64,000 bases of DNA from Sedimentisphaeraceae bacterium JB056 (GCA_044440125.1 JBITAJ010000021.1:1-64000), one strand, 5' to 3'; numbered from the stretch's first letter, positions 38,665 to 49,425 are shown. Translations and numbers: made by a program. The notes: generated by a model from the sequence alone, not told the origin.

Positions 38665-38708
38665 ATTTCCGATATATCTGTTATAACAGATATTAAATCA
38701 AAAGTCAA
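38665..38708 (-). promoter_or_regulatory. Sigma70 promoter overlapped by a GntR-type operator
   Basis: Minus strand TTGACT-17-TATAAC with extended TG; perfect palindrome ATATCTGTTATAACAGATAT at 38674-38693. Confidence 0.75.
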
Positions 38709-38755
38709 CCACTTTAATTCTAATTCTTCAGTTTGACATAAATCGCTATTTAAGA

Positions 38756-39886
38756 CTATCTTAGAGAACACGGCTGGCCTGGGACATCCAGACAAATACC
38801 TGTATATTCAAGCTTATCATTGCTTAAATCATATATTTTGAGACGTTTATTCTCGAATCCGCCTACAACCAGACGCTTTGAGTCATGAGTAAAAGCAACG
38901 CCTTGCGGTATCCTGTCAACCTGAAGTCTCTGCATTATTGAAAAATACTGCGGCTGCCTCTTGAGCAAAACAACCTGCCCGTACTGCTGGCGTTTGGAAT
39001 CATCAGGCTTAACCATAGAATACTGTAAGCAACTTACTGCTATATACTTACCATCACCGCTAACATCAAGCCCTTCGGGAATTACTCCAACAAAGATACT
39101 GTCTGTCACTTTCCAGTCATCGCCGCAGGTATCAATTATACTGACAGTAGTATCCGAAACATTCGCTACAGCAATCCATTTGCCATCAGGCGTTGCATCA
39201 AGACAATAAGGTCCCTTGCCAACTTCAATCCTTCCCACTGCTTCCTTTGCCTGCCCCTTCTCAAGACTTATTTTGACAACTGAAGAGGTGTTCTGAAGCG
39301 AAGCCAATGCAAAATCATCTCCCGGAACAAAAATAATATGAGAAAGGCTCTCTTCGGGTTTAGATATCTGCACTGTTGAGACGACAGTTACTTTCTTACC
39401 TGATATTTTCAGGTTCGTTACACTTCCCTCTGCCCTGTTACAAACCAGAGCAGTCTTGCCATCAGGCGATATTGATATACCCGAAGGCTGCTTGCCTACA
39501 ACCAGCGTGTCAATTAACTTACCTTCTGCCACATCAATCACAGATACACTGTTATCAGGCACCTGATCTTTACCGGCATCATCGAGTTTCATAGCTGCCG
39601 CTACCAGTATTATGCTCTTATCAGGACTCATAACCAGACATGTCGGCGGACCTGTAACACTGCATGGAATATTCGGTATATCAACCTGTTTTGGAGGCAT
39701 CACAGATGTATCGAGAATTGTAATACTTCCTACATCAGGATTATCAAATGGAGCATTAATAGAATCTGCAAGCTGCCATCTCTGGTCGTTAGCACTTATA
39801 ACATACTGCGGCGAAACCGCCATTAAAGGCATCTCCAGACAACAAAGAACAAGCAAACTGTTGATTAAAACTTTACTTTTTAACAT
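38756..39886 (-). CDS. Secreted YVTN/YncE-type beta-propeller protein (possible lactonase)
   Basis: Repeats such as VGKQPSGISISPDGK, VGKGPYCLDATPDGK, VGVIPEGLDVSGDGK. Confidence 0.85.
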   Translation of the reverse strand: MLKSKVLINSLLVLCCLEMPLMAVSPQYVISANDQRWQLADSINAPFDNPDVGSITILDTSVMPPKQVDIPNIPCSVTGPPTCLVMSPDKSIILVAAAMKLDDAGKDQVPDNSVSVIDVAEGKLIDTLVVGKQPSGISISPDGKTALVCNRAEGSVTNLKISGKKVTVVSTVQISKPEESLSHIIFVPGDDFALASLQNTSSVVKISLEKGQAKEAVGRIEVGKGPYCLDATPDGKWIAVANVSDTTVSIIDTCGDDWKVTDSIFVGVIPEGLDVSGDGKYIAVSCLQYSMVKPDDSKRQQYGQVVLLKRQPQYFSIMQRLQVDRIPQGVAFTHDSKRLVVGGFENKRLKIYDLSNDKLEYTGICLDVPGQPCSLR

Positions 39887-39928
39887 TGCGAACTCCTTGA
39901 AAAAACACTGAGTATATCTCTTTTATTC

Positions 39929-39989
39929 CTGTTATAACAAATATATCGGAAATAAAAAAGATTGTCAACAACTTAAATTTGAGTATAAT
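39929..39989. promoter_or_regulatory. Divergent promoters with a second GntR-type operator
   Basis: CTGTTATAACAAATATATCGGAAAT (39929-39953) is a 24/25 inverted copy of 38665-38689; minus TTGACA-17-TATATT; plus TTGTCA-16-TATAAT. Confidence 0.75.
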
Positions 39990-40035
39990 GTAATTTTAGT
40001 TTTAAATATTACGATAAACTTATCAGGATATAAAA

Positions 40036-40725
40036 ATGGCAAAGCAGCAGCTTACTTTGGATAATTTGCTTCCTGCACCGGAAAAAGCAAGACTTGGAAT
40101 ACTCGAAATGATTAAAACAGGCCAGATACCAAGCGGCCAGCGAATAGATCAGCGTGCCATTTCAAGACATCTTGAACTTACCACTGCACCTATAAGAGAA
40201 GCATTAAGCTCACTGGAAACAGACGGTTTCCTCCAGAGAATACCCGGAGTAGGTATATTCTGTAAAGCTTATACAGTTGATGAAGTTGAAGAGATCATAG
40301 AGATACGTGATGTTCTCGAAGGTCTTGCCGCCAGAAGAGCTGCTGAGAGAATATCAAACTCACAAAAAGAACAGCTTTTGAAGATGGCTGAGAATCTCTC
40401 AAGTGAAGGGATATTCGAAACAGACAAGGATTTCCTTGAAGCTCATATCGCTTTCCACTCTTTTATCGCAGAGATTTCACAAAGCGACCGTTTGATACAA
40501 ATGCTTAAATGCAATCATATAATACAGCAGGTGCTATGGAATATCAGCGCCAACATATGGCCTGTTGCTCCTCACGACCATACGGAAATTGCTCAGGCAA
40601 TATGCAGCGGCGATCCGCAAAAAGCGGAACAGACAATCCGCAATCATATAGCACCAACTTTCAAGGACAGAATCAAACAACTAAAACTCGAATACGGCAG
40701 AAAACCAATCGTAGCACAAAATTGA
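40036..40725 (+). CDS. GntR-family regulator (FadR/FCD type)
   Basis: wHTH PIREALSSLETDG; IRDVLEGLAARRAA; FH...H.EI..AI..GD...A....H. Confidence 0.93.
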   Translation: MAKQQLTLDNLLPAPEKARLGILEMIKTGQIPSGQRIDQRAISRHLELTTAPIREALSSLETDGFLQRIPGVGIFCKAYTVDEVEEIIEIRDVLEGLAARRAAERISNSQKEQLLKMAENLSSEGIFETDKDFLEAHIAFHSFIAEISQSDRLIQMLKCNHIIQQVLWNISANIWPVAPHDHTEIAQAICSGDPQKAEQTIRNHIAPTFKDRIKQLKLEYGRKPIVAQN

Positions 40726-40759
40726 TTTTTGAGCAAGAGCGTCTTTAGCGAAAAAAATC

Positions 40760-40791
40760 ATAGTGGGAGACTTTCTCTCTCACTATTTTTT
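40760..40791 (+). terminator. Intrinsic terminator after the GntR gene
   Basis: ATAGTGGGAGA-CTTTC-TCTCTCACTAT followed by a T run. Confidence 0.75.
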
Positions 40792-40856
40792 AAAACGGCT
40801 AATCATTTTAAACTCAAAATACAGTCCTCATCAAGTATCAGGCTTTCGCCAGTAAT

Positions 40857-42122
40857 TTACTCTGAGGCTTTTTTGTATGCTTTTATCGCTGCATCGAAGT
40901 TCTCCGGCGGTATATTGGCCTGCACGTTATGAATGGCATTGAACACATACCCGTTGGCACGCTTCATAGTATTCACACGCTGCGAAACCTCGTCAAACAC
41001 CTGCTCGGGCGTTCCGAAAGGCAGGGTGTTCTGAGTGTCAACACCACCGCCCCAAAATACGAGTCGATCGCCGTATTTATCAACGAGCATCTCGGGATCC
41101 ATCCCTGTAGCCGAGCACTGAACCGGGTTGAGTACATCAAATCCAGCTTCTATTATGGCCTCAAGCAGCGGCTCTATCGCCCCGCAGGAGTGCATAAAGG
41201 TTTTCCAGGTCGTATTCTCGTGTACCCAGTCATTGAGGCACTTCTGATACGGCAGGAAAAGTTCGCGATAAGTCGCTTCAGACATCATCGGTGCGCTCTG
41301 GGTGCCGAAATCGGTGCCGCTCATGAATATCACATCAATCTCATTACCCACGGCCTCAAAGAGACGTTTGAGATTGGCCAGAGCATTTTCACACTGATAC
41401 TCAAAAACCTTCTTTATATAATCGGGGCGCAAAGCCAGCGACATATACCAATCCGAGATATCGCGTATCCCTCGCGGGTCTTTCAGGAAGGTGGCAGGAA
41501 CGAGCCCTATATCGCCAAAGGCGGCGCCGGGGAATGTCAGATACAATCCTTTGTCAGGATAATTTTCACGGGCACCTGCAACGACTTTGCCAAAATGGCT
41601 CAGCTCTTCATCTGAGAGCGGAACGAACTCTTCGCAATTATCGCGACAATCAAGCCCAGAGTCATCGGTAACAACTTTGCGGGGTACGGCATCAAAATAA
41701 TAACCGCCCGAGGGCATTACCGCAGAAGGCGGGCAGCTTTCATCGCCCTGGGGATACATAGGTATATTACCTGAGCCGTCCGCCTCGGTATTGAAATGAC
41801 CGGGAACCCATACCGGAGTTCCATCAAAAAGCGTAAACTCCTTGTAGTCTTCGTTGCGGCAGCCGAACATATTATACAGCGGCCCGACGCCGACGGCGTC
41901 AATGCCCAGGTGATCCCTGAGCTTATCGTCAACCTCGCCGAGCATCTGATAAGGCTCGATCACCTTTATACGTTCGCCCGGCTCCAGAAGCCCGTAATAC
42001 TGCTTGAGCTTGTAGACCGTCGAAGCCATTATGCCGGTTTGCCCACCGGCTCCAAAATCCATCGGAACCCTGTCGGGCCTGCGATGGTTCAAAACACACT
42101 GTAATCTTTCACGTGAATTCAT
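40857..42122 (-). CDS. Uroporphyrinogen decarboxylase/MtaA-CmuA superfamily protein
   Basis: MNSRER..PDRVP; DFGTQ; FMHSCG; NPVQ; FWGGGVDTQ; HNVQ. The track start is 42140. Confidence 0.88.
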   Translation of the reverse strand: MNSRERLQCVLNHRRPDRVPMDFGAGGQTGIMASTVYKLKQYYGLLEPGERIKVIEPYQMLGEVDDKLRDHLGIDAVGVGPLYNMFGCRNEDYKEFTLFDGTPVWVPGHFNTEADGSGNIPMYPQGDESCPPSAVMPSGGYYFDAVPRKVVTDDSGLDCRDNCEEFVPLSDEELSHFGKVVAGARENYPDKGLYLTFPGAAFGDIGLVPATFLKDPRGIRDISDWYMSLALRPDYIKKVFEYQCENALANLKRLFEAVGNEIDVIFMSGTDFGTQSAPMMSEATYRELFLPYQKCLNDWVHENTTWKTFMHSCGAIEPLLEAIIEAGFDVLNPVQCSATGMDPEMLVDKYGDRLVFWGGGVDTQNTLPFGTPEQVFDEVSQRVNTMKRANGYVFNAIHNVQANIPPENFDAAIKAYKKASE

Positions 42123-42196
42123 ATCATTTCCATTAAACATTTAATTAAAACAAATACAACATATCATTTTAACGAGACTTGTTGTAACAATCTTAC

Positions 42197-42988
42197 TTAA
42201 GGTATCCTAACCTCACTATATTGCGTGCCTACCCGCACTTCATCAAAATATATAGTGCATGCCTGATTGGTACCGGCTCTATAGATGCCAAACTTCGTAT
42301 TTATCAGGTAGTCATCTTCTTCGCTATACCAACCAACAGTACCGGTATAATCAAGCTTGAACACATCATCTACCCAAAGCTTTACATAACCGTTGCCGTC
42401 AAGAGCGAATTTATGCTGGAAAAGAAATTTAACCCACTGCCCCCTCGGAAGCGGAGCGGTGTACACCTGTTCATAGCTGTCATCATCATTGCGTAAGACC
42501 ACCGAGTAATTTCCGTTTGGCATAAAATCAAGCGACATCGGCGGGCTGTTTGGCGAGAACTGATGCCACTGATACATCATTTGCCATGAAGTTGGATTAG
42601 ATACGCTTTCGGGAACAAAGATAGCGAATGCAGTATAAGAGTTAAAATTAAACGGTAAATTTGCCAAATGATTATACTCTGTCCGATCCTTGGCCGCGGT
42701 GCTTGATGTAACTTCAAACTTAACCGAATGTCCATTTGGATAATAAGTATGATCAGTAACCAAAGCCGGGATTTGCCCCGTTCCATCTCTCGAATTATCC
42801 AATGTGCGGTATACCCAGTTGTTATTGCGATCATAGCTGTATTCAGCCAACCTACCCGGATAAGCACTGCCTGAAGGGTAAATATAAGCATCCTCAAGAT
42901 CGAATACATCAAAATACGCAGGATGGTATATCCATGCCTGAACCGCACAACAACTAAGAAGTACAATAATCAAAATTTTTGCTTTCAT
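42197..42988 (-). CDS. Secreted jelly-roll polysaccharide lyase-like protein (heparin lyase I/PL20-like)
   Basis: Signal peptide; RTE, QWHQ, SPP, GYVKLWVD, KFGIYR, IYFDEV. Confidence 0.75.
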   Translation of the reverse strand: MKAKILIIVLLSCCAVQAWIYHPAYFDVFDLEDAYIYPSGSAYPGRLAEYSYDRNNNWVYRTLDNSRDGTGQIPALVTDHTYYPNGHSVKFEVTSSTAAKDRTEYNHLANLPFNFNSYTAFAIFVPESVSNPTSWQMMYQWHQFSPNSPPMSLDFMPNGNYSVVLRNDDDSYEQVYTAPLPRGQWVKFLFQHKFALDGNGYVKLWVDDVFKLDYTGTVGWYSEEDDYLINTKFGIYRAGTNQACTIYFDEVRVGTQYSEVRIP

Positions 42989-43090
42989 TTCATAATCCTT
43001 TCACATAAAATTTTTGCGAACGTATGCTGTGAACATTGTTGCTGACAACAAGCCCCGTTAAATTTATTGAATGTAACAACCAACTCTGGT

Positions 43091-45247
43091 TTATTTTTTG
43101 TGTTTATAGACCACTTTAGGTCTGCCGTGTTTTATTGGGATGACTGCTCGCAGATCATCTTCTTTGGAGCTGTATCTCAAGTTTACAACATTTTTAGTGG
43201 TATCAACATTAAAATCGGATGAATTTTCAAAATAGTCTTTGACACCATAGTGTGGTACCAAAAGCCACACGAATGTTGAACTCACGTCTATTTTAGCCTT
43301 ATAAATGGCAACATCACCTTGAACCTTTTCGCTGAACTTTTCACTGTACCAACCTTGAACAGGCGGCTGTTCCTTGCCTTTAATTTTAGTAAGACCAAAC
43401 CTATAGTCGGATGCAGGCATAATAAGCAGATTGCCCTCTTCAGCGTCATTGGTAAAGGCGAGCTGATCTTGCAAGCTAACCGTACAATCTGGATGGAAAT
43501 GCCACAAGAATCCTATCTCTCTGGGCATATCAGTATCTATGGTATCAACAACTATCCAACCAAATTCAGGTACATAAATAAGGTTTCTTGTGTGTGATGC
43601 ACTACCCTTCACTTTACCGGAATCCTTATCTTTGAGACCGTTAAAACCGTCATCATAAGTGCCGCGAGCAAATGAGAATTTCTCACCCAGATAATAATCG
43701 TCCGTATCGATCGGTGAAAGGATCTCTTTATCGCGTTTTGACTGTCCTACACCGTCAATCAGTACAACATTATGAGAATCGGAGCTTGTAAAATAATTAC
43801 GCCATTTATCAGAAAGGTCGTGGTAGCCGTTATAGGTGTATCTGCCGGGATCGACAAGTATATCTCTGCCACCAACAGAAACCGACAGATGCAGTTTGTC
43901 GTTGTGCTGATGACCAATACCCCACGGGCCTATATCAAAGAACGACCAGTCACTGTCTTCGGCATAGCCGTTTCTAAAGATCACTTCTCCTGAATAATCA
44001 AACACCGTTCCAAAACCGGGCCTACTCCATTTACCCTTTTCGCCAAACGTTGATATGTATAAAAGTTCATAGGTCTTGTATTTTTCGGCTGCCTTGCGAA
44101 TAAGAGGAGCTACGTAATCATTGTCTGAATCATTGCAAACCGGGGCATAGCCGCTGTTGCGTGAAGATATAGCCAGATATTCGTACATCTTCTGAATCTT
44201 TGCGGCAAATTCCGGTGGCAACTCACGTCCGCTTCGCTCAAATATATCCTCTATCTCCACATAACCGTTGAGCACTCCCCTATGATAACTGGCACTAAGC
44301 TCCTTCTGCACTCCGTCAGGATAAACTTGCATCTGCAGCTCTTTACTCAACTGCCCCACCGAATACGTAAGCCACTCCTGCGATGTCGTAAACTCCTGGA
44401 AACAGACAGCAGCCTTAACCAACGCCTTCATCTCCCCTACTTTCCAGTTGCCGTCATCTCTGTGATGCCATCTTACATAGTTGCAGTGTTCAAACAGCGA
44501 AACCAGCATCATAGCCCTTGTTTCATCCTCAAAGTATTCAATATTCTGCATACCGTAAAAAAGTTTGAGCCATGTACCGACTCTTATGGCGGCATTGAGT
44601 GTGTACCACTTCGGCAGCTTTGAGACTACGGTATCTTCATTGATCTCGTGCCATGTTTCGGGCGCAGCTATTGCCCAGCTAACCTTATCCGGCTGCAAGT
44701 TTTTCATCGGAGATTTAGCCTGTAAAATAAAATCGCAAAGATGAGAATTGAGCGTATCTATATAAACTTCGTTTGACGTAGAGCTGTAAACGGCCAACAA
44801 ATCGAGCATATACAAATGCCTGCTCAAAAGCCCGGGCCATTGCTCATTACCGGTTTCAGCAAGACCGTCCCAATCAATAAGACCATCGCTGTTGCGAATA
44901 AATTCGCCATCAATCCCCATGATACTCAGCATGCCCATCAATACCGTATCAGCGGTTTCTATAGCTATAGGCGTAGCCTGCGGATAATCGAAATAAGAGG
45001 TTCTGTCAACACCTTTGTAGTAATTGACTATATCGAGCAAAGCAGTTCGATAGCTACCTTCACTAAATGCCTTCTTAGCGGCGGGCAGCTTCATTGAATC
45101 ATAATCTATGTGTGAAAGACACAGTTTCACCAAACCCTGTCTGCTGCTTATATAATCGTCAAGAGAATCGGCATTAAGAACCGCAGACAAGGAAATAAGA
45201 ACGATCAGTAATAAACTATTAAGCCTCATAATACTCCTGATTTTCAA
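43091..45247 (-). CDS. Heparinase II/III-family lyase (PL12-like)
   Basis: LSRH, NAAIR, GNW...E, DGVQKELSASYH, GHQHNDKL, VDPGRYTY, SHN. Confidence 0.87.
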   Translation of the reverse strand: MKIRSIMRLNSLLLIVLISLSAVLNADSLDDYISSRQGLVKLCLSHIDYDSMKLPAAKKAFSEGSYRTALLDIVNYYKGVDRTSYFDYPQATPIAIETADTVLMGMLSIMGIDGEFIRNSDGLIDWDGLAETGNEQWPGLLSRHLYMLDLLAVYSSTSNEVYIDTLNSHLCDFILQAKSPMKNLQPDKVSWAIAAPETWHEINEDTVVSKLPKWYTLNAAIRVGTWLKLFYGMQNIEYFEDETRAMMLVSLFEHCNYVRWHHRDDGNWKVGEMKALVKAAVCFQEFTTSQEWLTYSVGQLSKELQMQVYPDGVQKELSASYHRGVLNGYVEIEDIFERSGRELPPEFAAKIQKMYEYLAISSRNSGYAPVCNDSDNDYVAPLIRKAAEKYKTYELLYISTFGEKGKWSRPGFGTVFDYSGEVIFRNGYAEDSDWSFFDIGPWGIGHQHNDKLHLSVSVGGRDILVDPGRYTYNGYHDLSDKWRNYFTSSDSHNVVLIDGVGQSKRDKEILSPIDTDDYYLGEKFSFARGTYDDGFNGLKDKDSGKVKGSASHTRNLIYVPEFGWIVVDTIDTDMPREIGFLWHFHPDCTVSLQDQLAFTNDAEEGNLLIMPASDYRFGLTKIKGKEQPPVQGWYSEKFSEKVQGDVAIYKAKIDVSSTFVWLLVPHYGVKDYFENSSDFNVDTTKNVVNLRYSSKEDDLRAVIPIKHGRPKVVYKHKK

Positions 45248-46416
45248 TATGCTGAATTTGCCAGTGCCGTTGAAGCATAGACTTCGAGATTTTCAAACGG
45301 CGTGCCGTATTCAAGGAAATCTGCCGACTGCAATATGAATTTGCCGCCCTGTTTTCCGGTCAGCATCGTTTGCTTTGTAACCTTTTTCACAAGCTCGGTA
45401 TCGCCGTTTTGAAGAACGTTCACCTGATCGACACCGCCGATCATAACGTAATCACCGTTTACGATCTCAACGGCCCTGGCAAGGTCGGCATCGCCAAGCG
45501 GAGGCGGCGAAAACGGTTCTACCACCCTGACGCCAAGCTCCTTGTACGACTCAACGAGATTCATTATCTCGCCGCAGTTATGATATATCGCAGGCGTGCC
45601 ATTCTTCTGCACGAACCGGATATAATCCCTCTCATAGGGCAAGATATATTCGTCATAGATACGTTTGCCGAGAAAGCCTCCGGGCACATTTCCGCCCACA
45701 CAATGAACATCCACACCGGCAGCATCTATGGCGGCAGTATAATCTTTGATCCTCGCGGAGGCGAATTTCATAAGCTTGTCGTAATATCCCGGGTCGGTAA
45801 GGAATAGGCTGTATATCTCCTGGTGGTCGATAAGTATCGAGGCGTTATTGAACGGGCCGTGAGGCGTCCATGAACCTACTATGCCGTCATCCCCGACGTA
45901 ATCCTTGAGCTTCTGAACCTTTAGTTTCGCTTTCTGCGGCCAGTCGGCAGGCATCGGCGGCTCGTAGGCCATCGCCAGCTCGAGGTCGTTTTCATTCTTT
46001 ATCGGCTTTTCCGTGCATGCATACAGGAATGTTCCCGGACGTATTTCATTTGTCGACATCTCCTGCGTGAGTACACCGTCGGGAGTAGTGATGCGTGAAT
46101 ATTCTTTTTTAGTATTGCCGTTCTTCGATAAGGTTGTCTCAACCTGCCAGTTGTCATTCTGCAGCGAAACGTTCAAGCCGCCCATGTGGATGGAAAGGGG
46201 ATCGTTGAGGCCGAACAACTGCCTGATGAACACATCCAGACCAAGACTCCGCTGATAATCGACCACCCTGAACTGAAGCTGCTCGTAATCGAAAGGATCG
46301 ATATCAGGATGAAGCTGGCTTATAAAATGACCCTGGTCGGCAATGAACAGTGTTACAGGTACGCGGTCGGTATTCTGACCGTTCAAAGTTTTAAGAAGTC
46401 TTTCTCTCGAAGTCAT
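45244..46416 (-). CDS. Uroporphyrinogen decarboxylase/MtaA-CmuA superfamily protein
   Basis: MTSRERLL..DRVP; IYHNCG; PPPLGD; GGVD; GGKFIL. ATG 46416 has an AGGAG RBS. Confidence 0.85.
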   Translation of the reverse strand: MTSRERLLKTLNGQNTDRVPVTLFIADQGHFISQLHPDIDPFDYEQLQFRVVDYQRSLGLDVFIRQLFGLNDPLSIHMGGLNVSLQNDNWQVETTLSKNGNTKKEYSRITTPDGVLTQEMSTNEIRPGTFLYACTEKPIKNENDLELAMAYEPPMPADWPQKAKLKVQKLKDYVGDDGIVGSWTPHGPFNNASILIDHQEIYSLFLTDPGYYDKLMKFASARIKDYTAAIDAAGVDVHCVGGNVPGGFLGKRIYDEYILPYERDYIRFVQKNGTPAIYHNCGEIMNLVESYKELGVRVVEPFSPPPLGDADLARAVEIVNGDYVMIGGVDQVNVLQNGDTELVKKVTKQTMLTGKQGGKFILQSADFLEYGTPFENLEVYASTALANSAY

Positions 46417-46445
46417 CAGATCTCCTGTCAAATCATAATATCATA

Positions 46446-49418
46446 TCAAAAGTTGCAATCGGAAGGATCGAGAAGCCCGCAGTCAAGCCACTGATCTGTA
46501 AGCGAAGAAAGATCACTCAAAGACGGCACTGCAAGCCAGCTCTCGGCAAGAATGCCGAAATCATCTATCGTTATCTGACAGTCGCCGCTGAGATCCTGCC
46601 CAGGTCTGTCGGAACAGAATCTGCTTTGAGTTTCATCAAAAATATCCCCAATCTGGTATTCGCTCAGCACCTCATTGTATATCCGGATGTCATCGATGAG
46701 TCCGTTGTATATAATGGCACCCGAGCTGTAGCTGTCGGCTATCGCTCCTATTGCTCCGCGAAGAGAGCTTTCGATCGATACCGGCGAACTCTGCGTAAGT
46801 GAATTGTCAAGTACGCCGTCAATATACATCGCCACATAACCGCTCGCAAAATTGTAGGTTGCAACGATGTGGTGCCATTGGCCGTCGCAAATGCCCGTAT
46901 TGCCGGTAAGGGCAAAACTGCCGGTCGAATTGCTCAGGCTGAAAACGGGCTTGCCGCTCTGAATTATCATCCGCCATTCGTAACGTCTTCCGATAAGCTG
47001 GGCGTACGATGCATCGGAAGTATTTACCCACATGGTCAGGCTCATCTGGCCCGAGAGAGCGGGCTTTGACCAAGCGGAAGGGTAACCGACATGGAGCCAT
47101 TTACTGCCTCCCAGATCACAGAAGCAACTGTTCGTAGGGAAAGCGGCTTGGGCGGCATCGGGGCAGGTGGAAGCCGCACCGTTTCTTGACGAAGCGTCTC
47201 CGCCGTCCTCTATGCTGTTGAATAAACCGCCCTGAAACTCATAATGCGAGACCAGGCTCGGTACGAGCTTTGCATTTACCGGACCGTCTGCAGGGTCGAG
47301 CTCGATATATATAACGCCGCTGTCTGGCTCCACCTGCTCATAGGATACGGGCAGAGTGTTTTGCGAAACCAGCCACAGCCCTTCCCGCAGATCGGTAAGA
47401 AGCAATTTAACCGGAGAGCTGCCGGGCAGATAAAAATCTATCTCTTCAAGCGGCCCATCATCCTTTGCGAACATCACAACAGTATCTTCGATAGCCGCTC
47501 CGGCAGCAGCGCCATCAATATCATTGACCAGCATTACCGGGGGCACAGCCGTTACGGAACTGTCCATTACAGCCATAACGTTGAGGAAGAAATCTTCATT
47601 GCTTTGCGCCAAAGGAGATATTTCAACTCTCCACGCTGCGGGCTCATCATCCTCGTACGGCGTAACATCGAAATTGCGGGCAACGCTCTCGATCCAGAAT
47701 TCGTAGCCGCTGCCACCGATCTTAGTGATATCCGCAGATGCCGGCAGCAGACAACGGGCCACAAGCTTGCCGTCATAATCACCGGCCGTATTTGTTACAG
47801 TATATTGATCGCCGTTTATCTGAGGCTCGTAATGCGAATGCAGGAGCCAGGTCTTTTTGAAAGACGGATCAGAGGATACTACCTTGTCAAAGACTATCAT
47901 CGCAGCAGGAAAATCCTGTCCGCCAAGTTTCAAAGCAACCATCGAGCGTTTGACCTTGCTTACCTTATCGGTGTAGGCTTCCGTAATATCACCGCTGATA
48001 TAGCTATAGAGCGGGACTTTCTGATCAGGGCCGACCGCGTGTTTGAGCCCTTCGGCAAGCTCATAGTTGTTCAGGTTTTCGGGCGAAGGATAGTAGCCGC
48101 TGTTGGGCATGCGCTGGCCGCCATCATTGACCGACCTGTAGGTGGGGTCGACCATTTCTTCGTCGGGGTCAAATATCAAAAGACCGTTATGAGAGATCGT
48201 CTGGTGATAATAATCCTTCCAGTGATCGGAACCGGCGGCAGTATCAGTGCTCTGATAAACACCGCTTGTAGTTGCCAGCGGGCCCTTGTGATATATCTGG
48301 AAGGTTCCCATGTCCCGGTGCTGATGTCCGTGAAAATATATTCCGCCTATTCGCATATAGAAAAGAGAATCATCGGAGATTACTGATGTGTCCCAGCCGG
48401 TGCGGGCGGTCATTTCACCCATGGGATAATTATAGAACTTGGTCAAAGGCAGCGTATCGATACTTTGGGTGCTGATTCCGGCAGGACGGAATATCATCTG
48501 CAAGGATTCCAAAAAGCCGTCAAAATACGAATTCCACTGGTCGCTGAGTCCCAGCAGGTACGGATCGGAATAGTAAGTTCCCGTAAGCATCAATATTAAA
48601 CGCTTGTCGCCGTAAAGGCCGGTAAGGTCGAAGGTGTCGCTGCGGCGTATCTGCCTGCCGTCGGGTCGTCTGTTGTAGATGATCGAATACGGAACATACT
48701 GCGCGTCTCCATCGTAAACATCGATATCAGCCATCCTTCTGAACATCCATGCGGCAAACATATCATAAACGTACCTGTTTATATAGGAATCACCTTGATG
48801 ATAGCTGTGAGAATCGAAAACGATGTCTCTTACCAGGACGAACTTTTCCATAAAAAGCTCAGCGGCGGCATTATACATCGTCGGATCTTCATTATAGATG
48901 GCAATGCCCACGGGCAGATGGCCGGTAAGTACCTCGCCTTCGGTCGTACCGGCGGATACGGAATTAGTGCTCATGCTCGCAGGATAGCCGCTTCTGGAAA
49001 GAGCGAGTATTCTTCTGAAATTATCGACAAATATCTGCTTTTCATTTGCCGTAAGCAACGGATAACACCAGTCGTAAACAATAGCACTGTAGTGAATGGT
49101 GTGATACCATCTCGAATAATCATTGGAGCTTTGTATATCGGCAAGGCACTGATCAATGGCCCATCTTCCCTTTAACACATTGCCATCCACAAGATAGACC
49201 AGTGCCGCCGGTACCGGATGCTTCGTAGAAAAGTAGCTCTGTATCGAGCTCCACTTTGCCGCAAATTCAGGCTGGGTCACCTTAACCTTCAACTCATTGA
49301 CATCCGAAGCGTCAAGATATAGTCTTGGATGAGCTGCCGGAACCGCCGGAACTTCAGCAGAAGCTAAGACCGGCGATAACCAGGCGACCAATAAGAGCGT
49401 ATATATTATTTTTTTCAT
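46446..49418 (-). CDS. Heparinase II-like lyase (PL21-like) + LamG + dockerin-like motif
   Basis: HPRLYL, HQGDSY, ARTGW, GHQHRDMGTFQIYHKGPLA, NDGGQ, KKTWLLH; LamG WHHIVATY; DLSGDCQITIDDFGILAESWL. Confidence 0.87.
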   Translation of the reverse strand: MKKIIYTLLLVAWLSPVLASAEVPAVPAAHPRLYLDASDVNELKVKVTQPEFAAKWSSIQSYFSTKHPVPAALVYLVDGNVLKGRWAIDQCLADIQSSNDYSRWYHTIHYSAIVYDWCYPLLTANEKQIFVDNFRRILALSRSGYPASMSTNSVSAGTTEGEVLTGHLPVGIAIYNEDPTMYNAAAELFMEKFVLVRDIVFDSHSYHQGDSYINRYVYDMFAAWMFRRMADIDVYDGDAQYVPYSIIYNRRPDGRQIRRSDTFDLTGLYGDKRLILMLTGTYYSDPYLLGLSDQWNSYFDGFLESLQMIFRPAGISTQSIDTLPLTKFYNYPMGEMTARTGWDTSVISDDSLFYMRIGGIYFHGHQHRDMGTFQIYHKGPLATTSGVYQSTDTAAGSDHWKDYYHQTISHNGLLIFDPDEEMVDPTYRSVNDGGQRMPNSGYYPSPENLNNYELAEGLKHAVGPDQKVPLYSYISGDITEAYTDKVSKVKRSMVALKLGGQDFPAAMIVFDKVVSSDPSFKKTWLLHSHYEPQINGDQYTVTNTAGDYDGKLVARCLLPASADITKIGGSGYEFWIESVARNFDVTPYEDDEPAAWRVEISPLAQSNEDFFLNVMAVMDSSVTAVPPVMLVNDIDGAAAGAAIEDTVVMFAKDDGPLEEIDFYLPGSSPVKLLLTDLREGLWLVSQNTLPVSYEQVEPDSGVIYIELDPADGPVNAKLVPSLVSHYEFQGGLFNSIEDGGDASSRNGAASTCPDAAQAAFPTNSCFCDLGGSKWLHVGYPSAWSKPALSGQMSLTMWVNTSDASYAQLIGRRYEWRMIIQSGKPVFSLSNSTGSFALTGNTGICDGQWHHIVATYNFASGYVAMYIDGVLDNSLTQSSPVSIESSLRGAIGAIADSYSSGAIIYNGLIDDIRIYNEVLSEYQIGDIFDETQSRFCSDRPGQDLSGDCQITIDDFGILAESWLAVPSLSDLSSLTDQWLDCGLLDPSDCNF

Positions 49419-49425
49419 TTTTATC

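Noticed and set aside
38665..39953. 25-bp inverted repeats flanking the beta-propeller gene as possible transposon ends
   Set aside because: No transposase or target-site duplication; both copies overlap promoters and have a GntR-type palindromic core next to a GntR gene.
40857..46416. Calling the URO-D-like genes hemE
   Set aside because: They lack the HemE N-terminal RQAGR motif and any heme-pathway context, and have HxC motifs of the MtaA-like branch instead.
47244..48386. 380-aa plus-strand ORF
   Set aside because: Antisense to the heparinase II-like gene, with no recognisable motifs; a typical codon-bias shadow.
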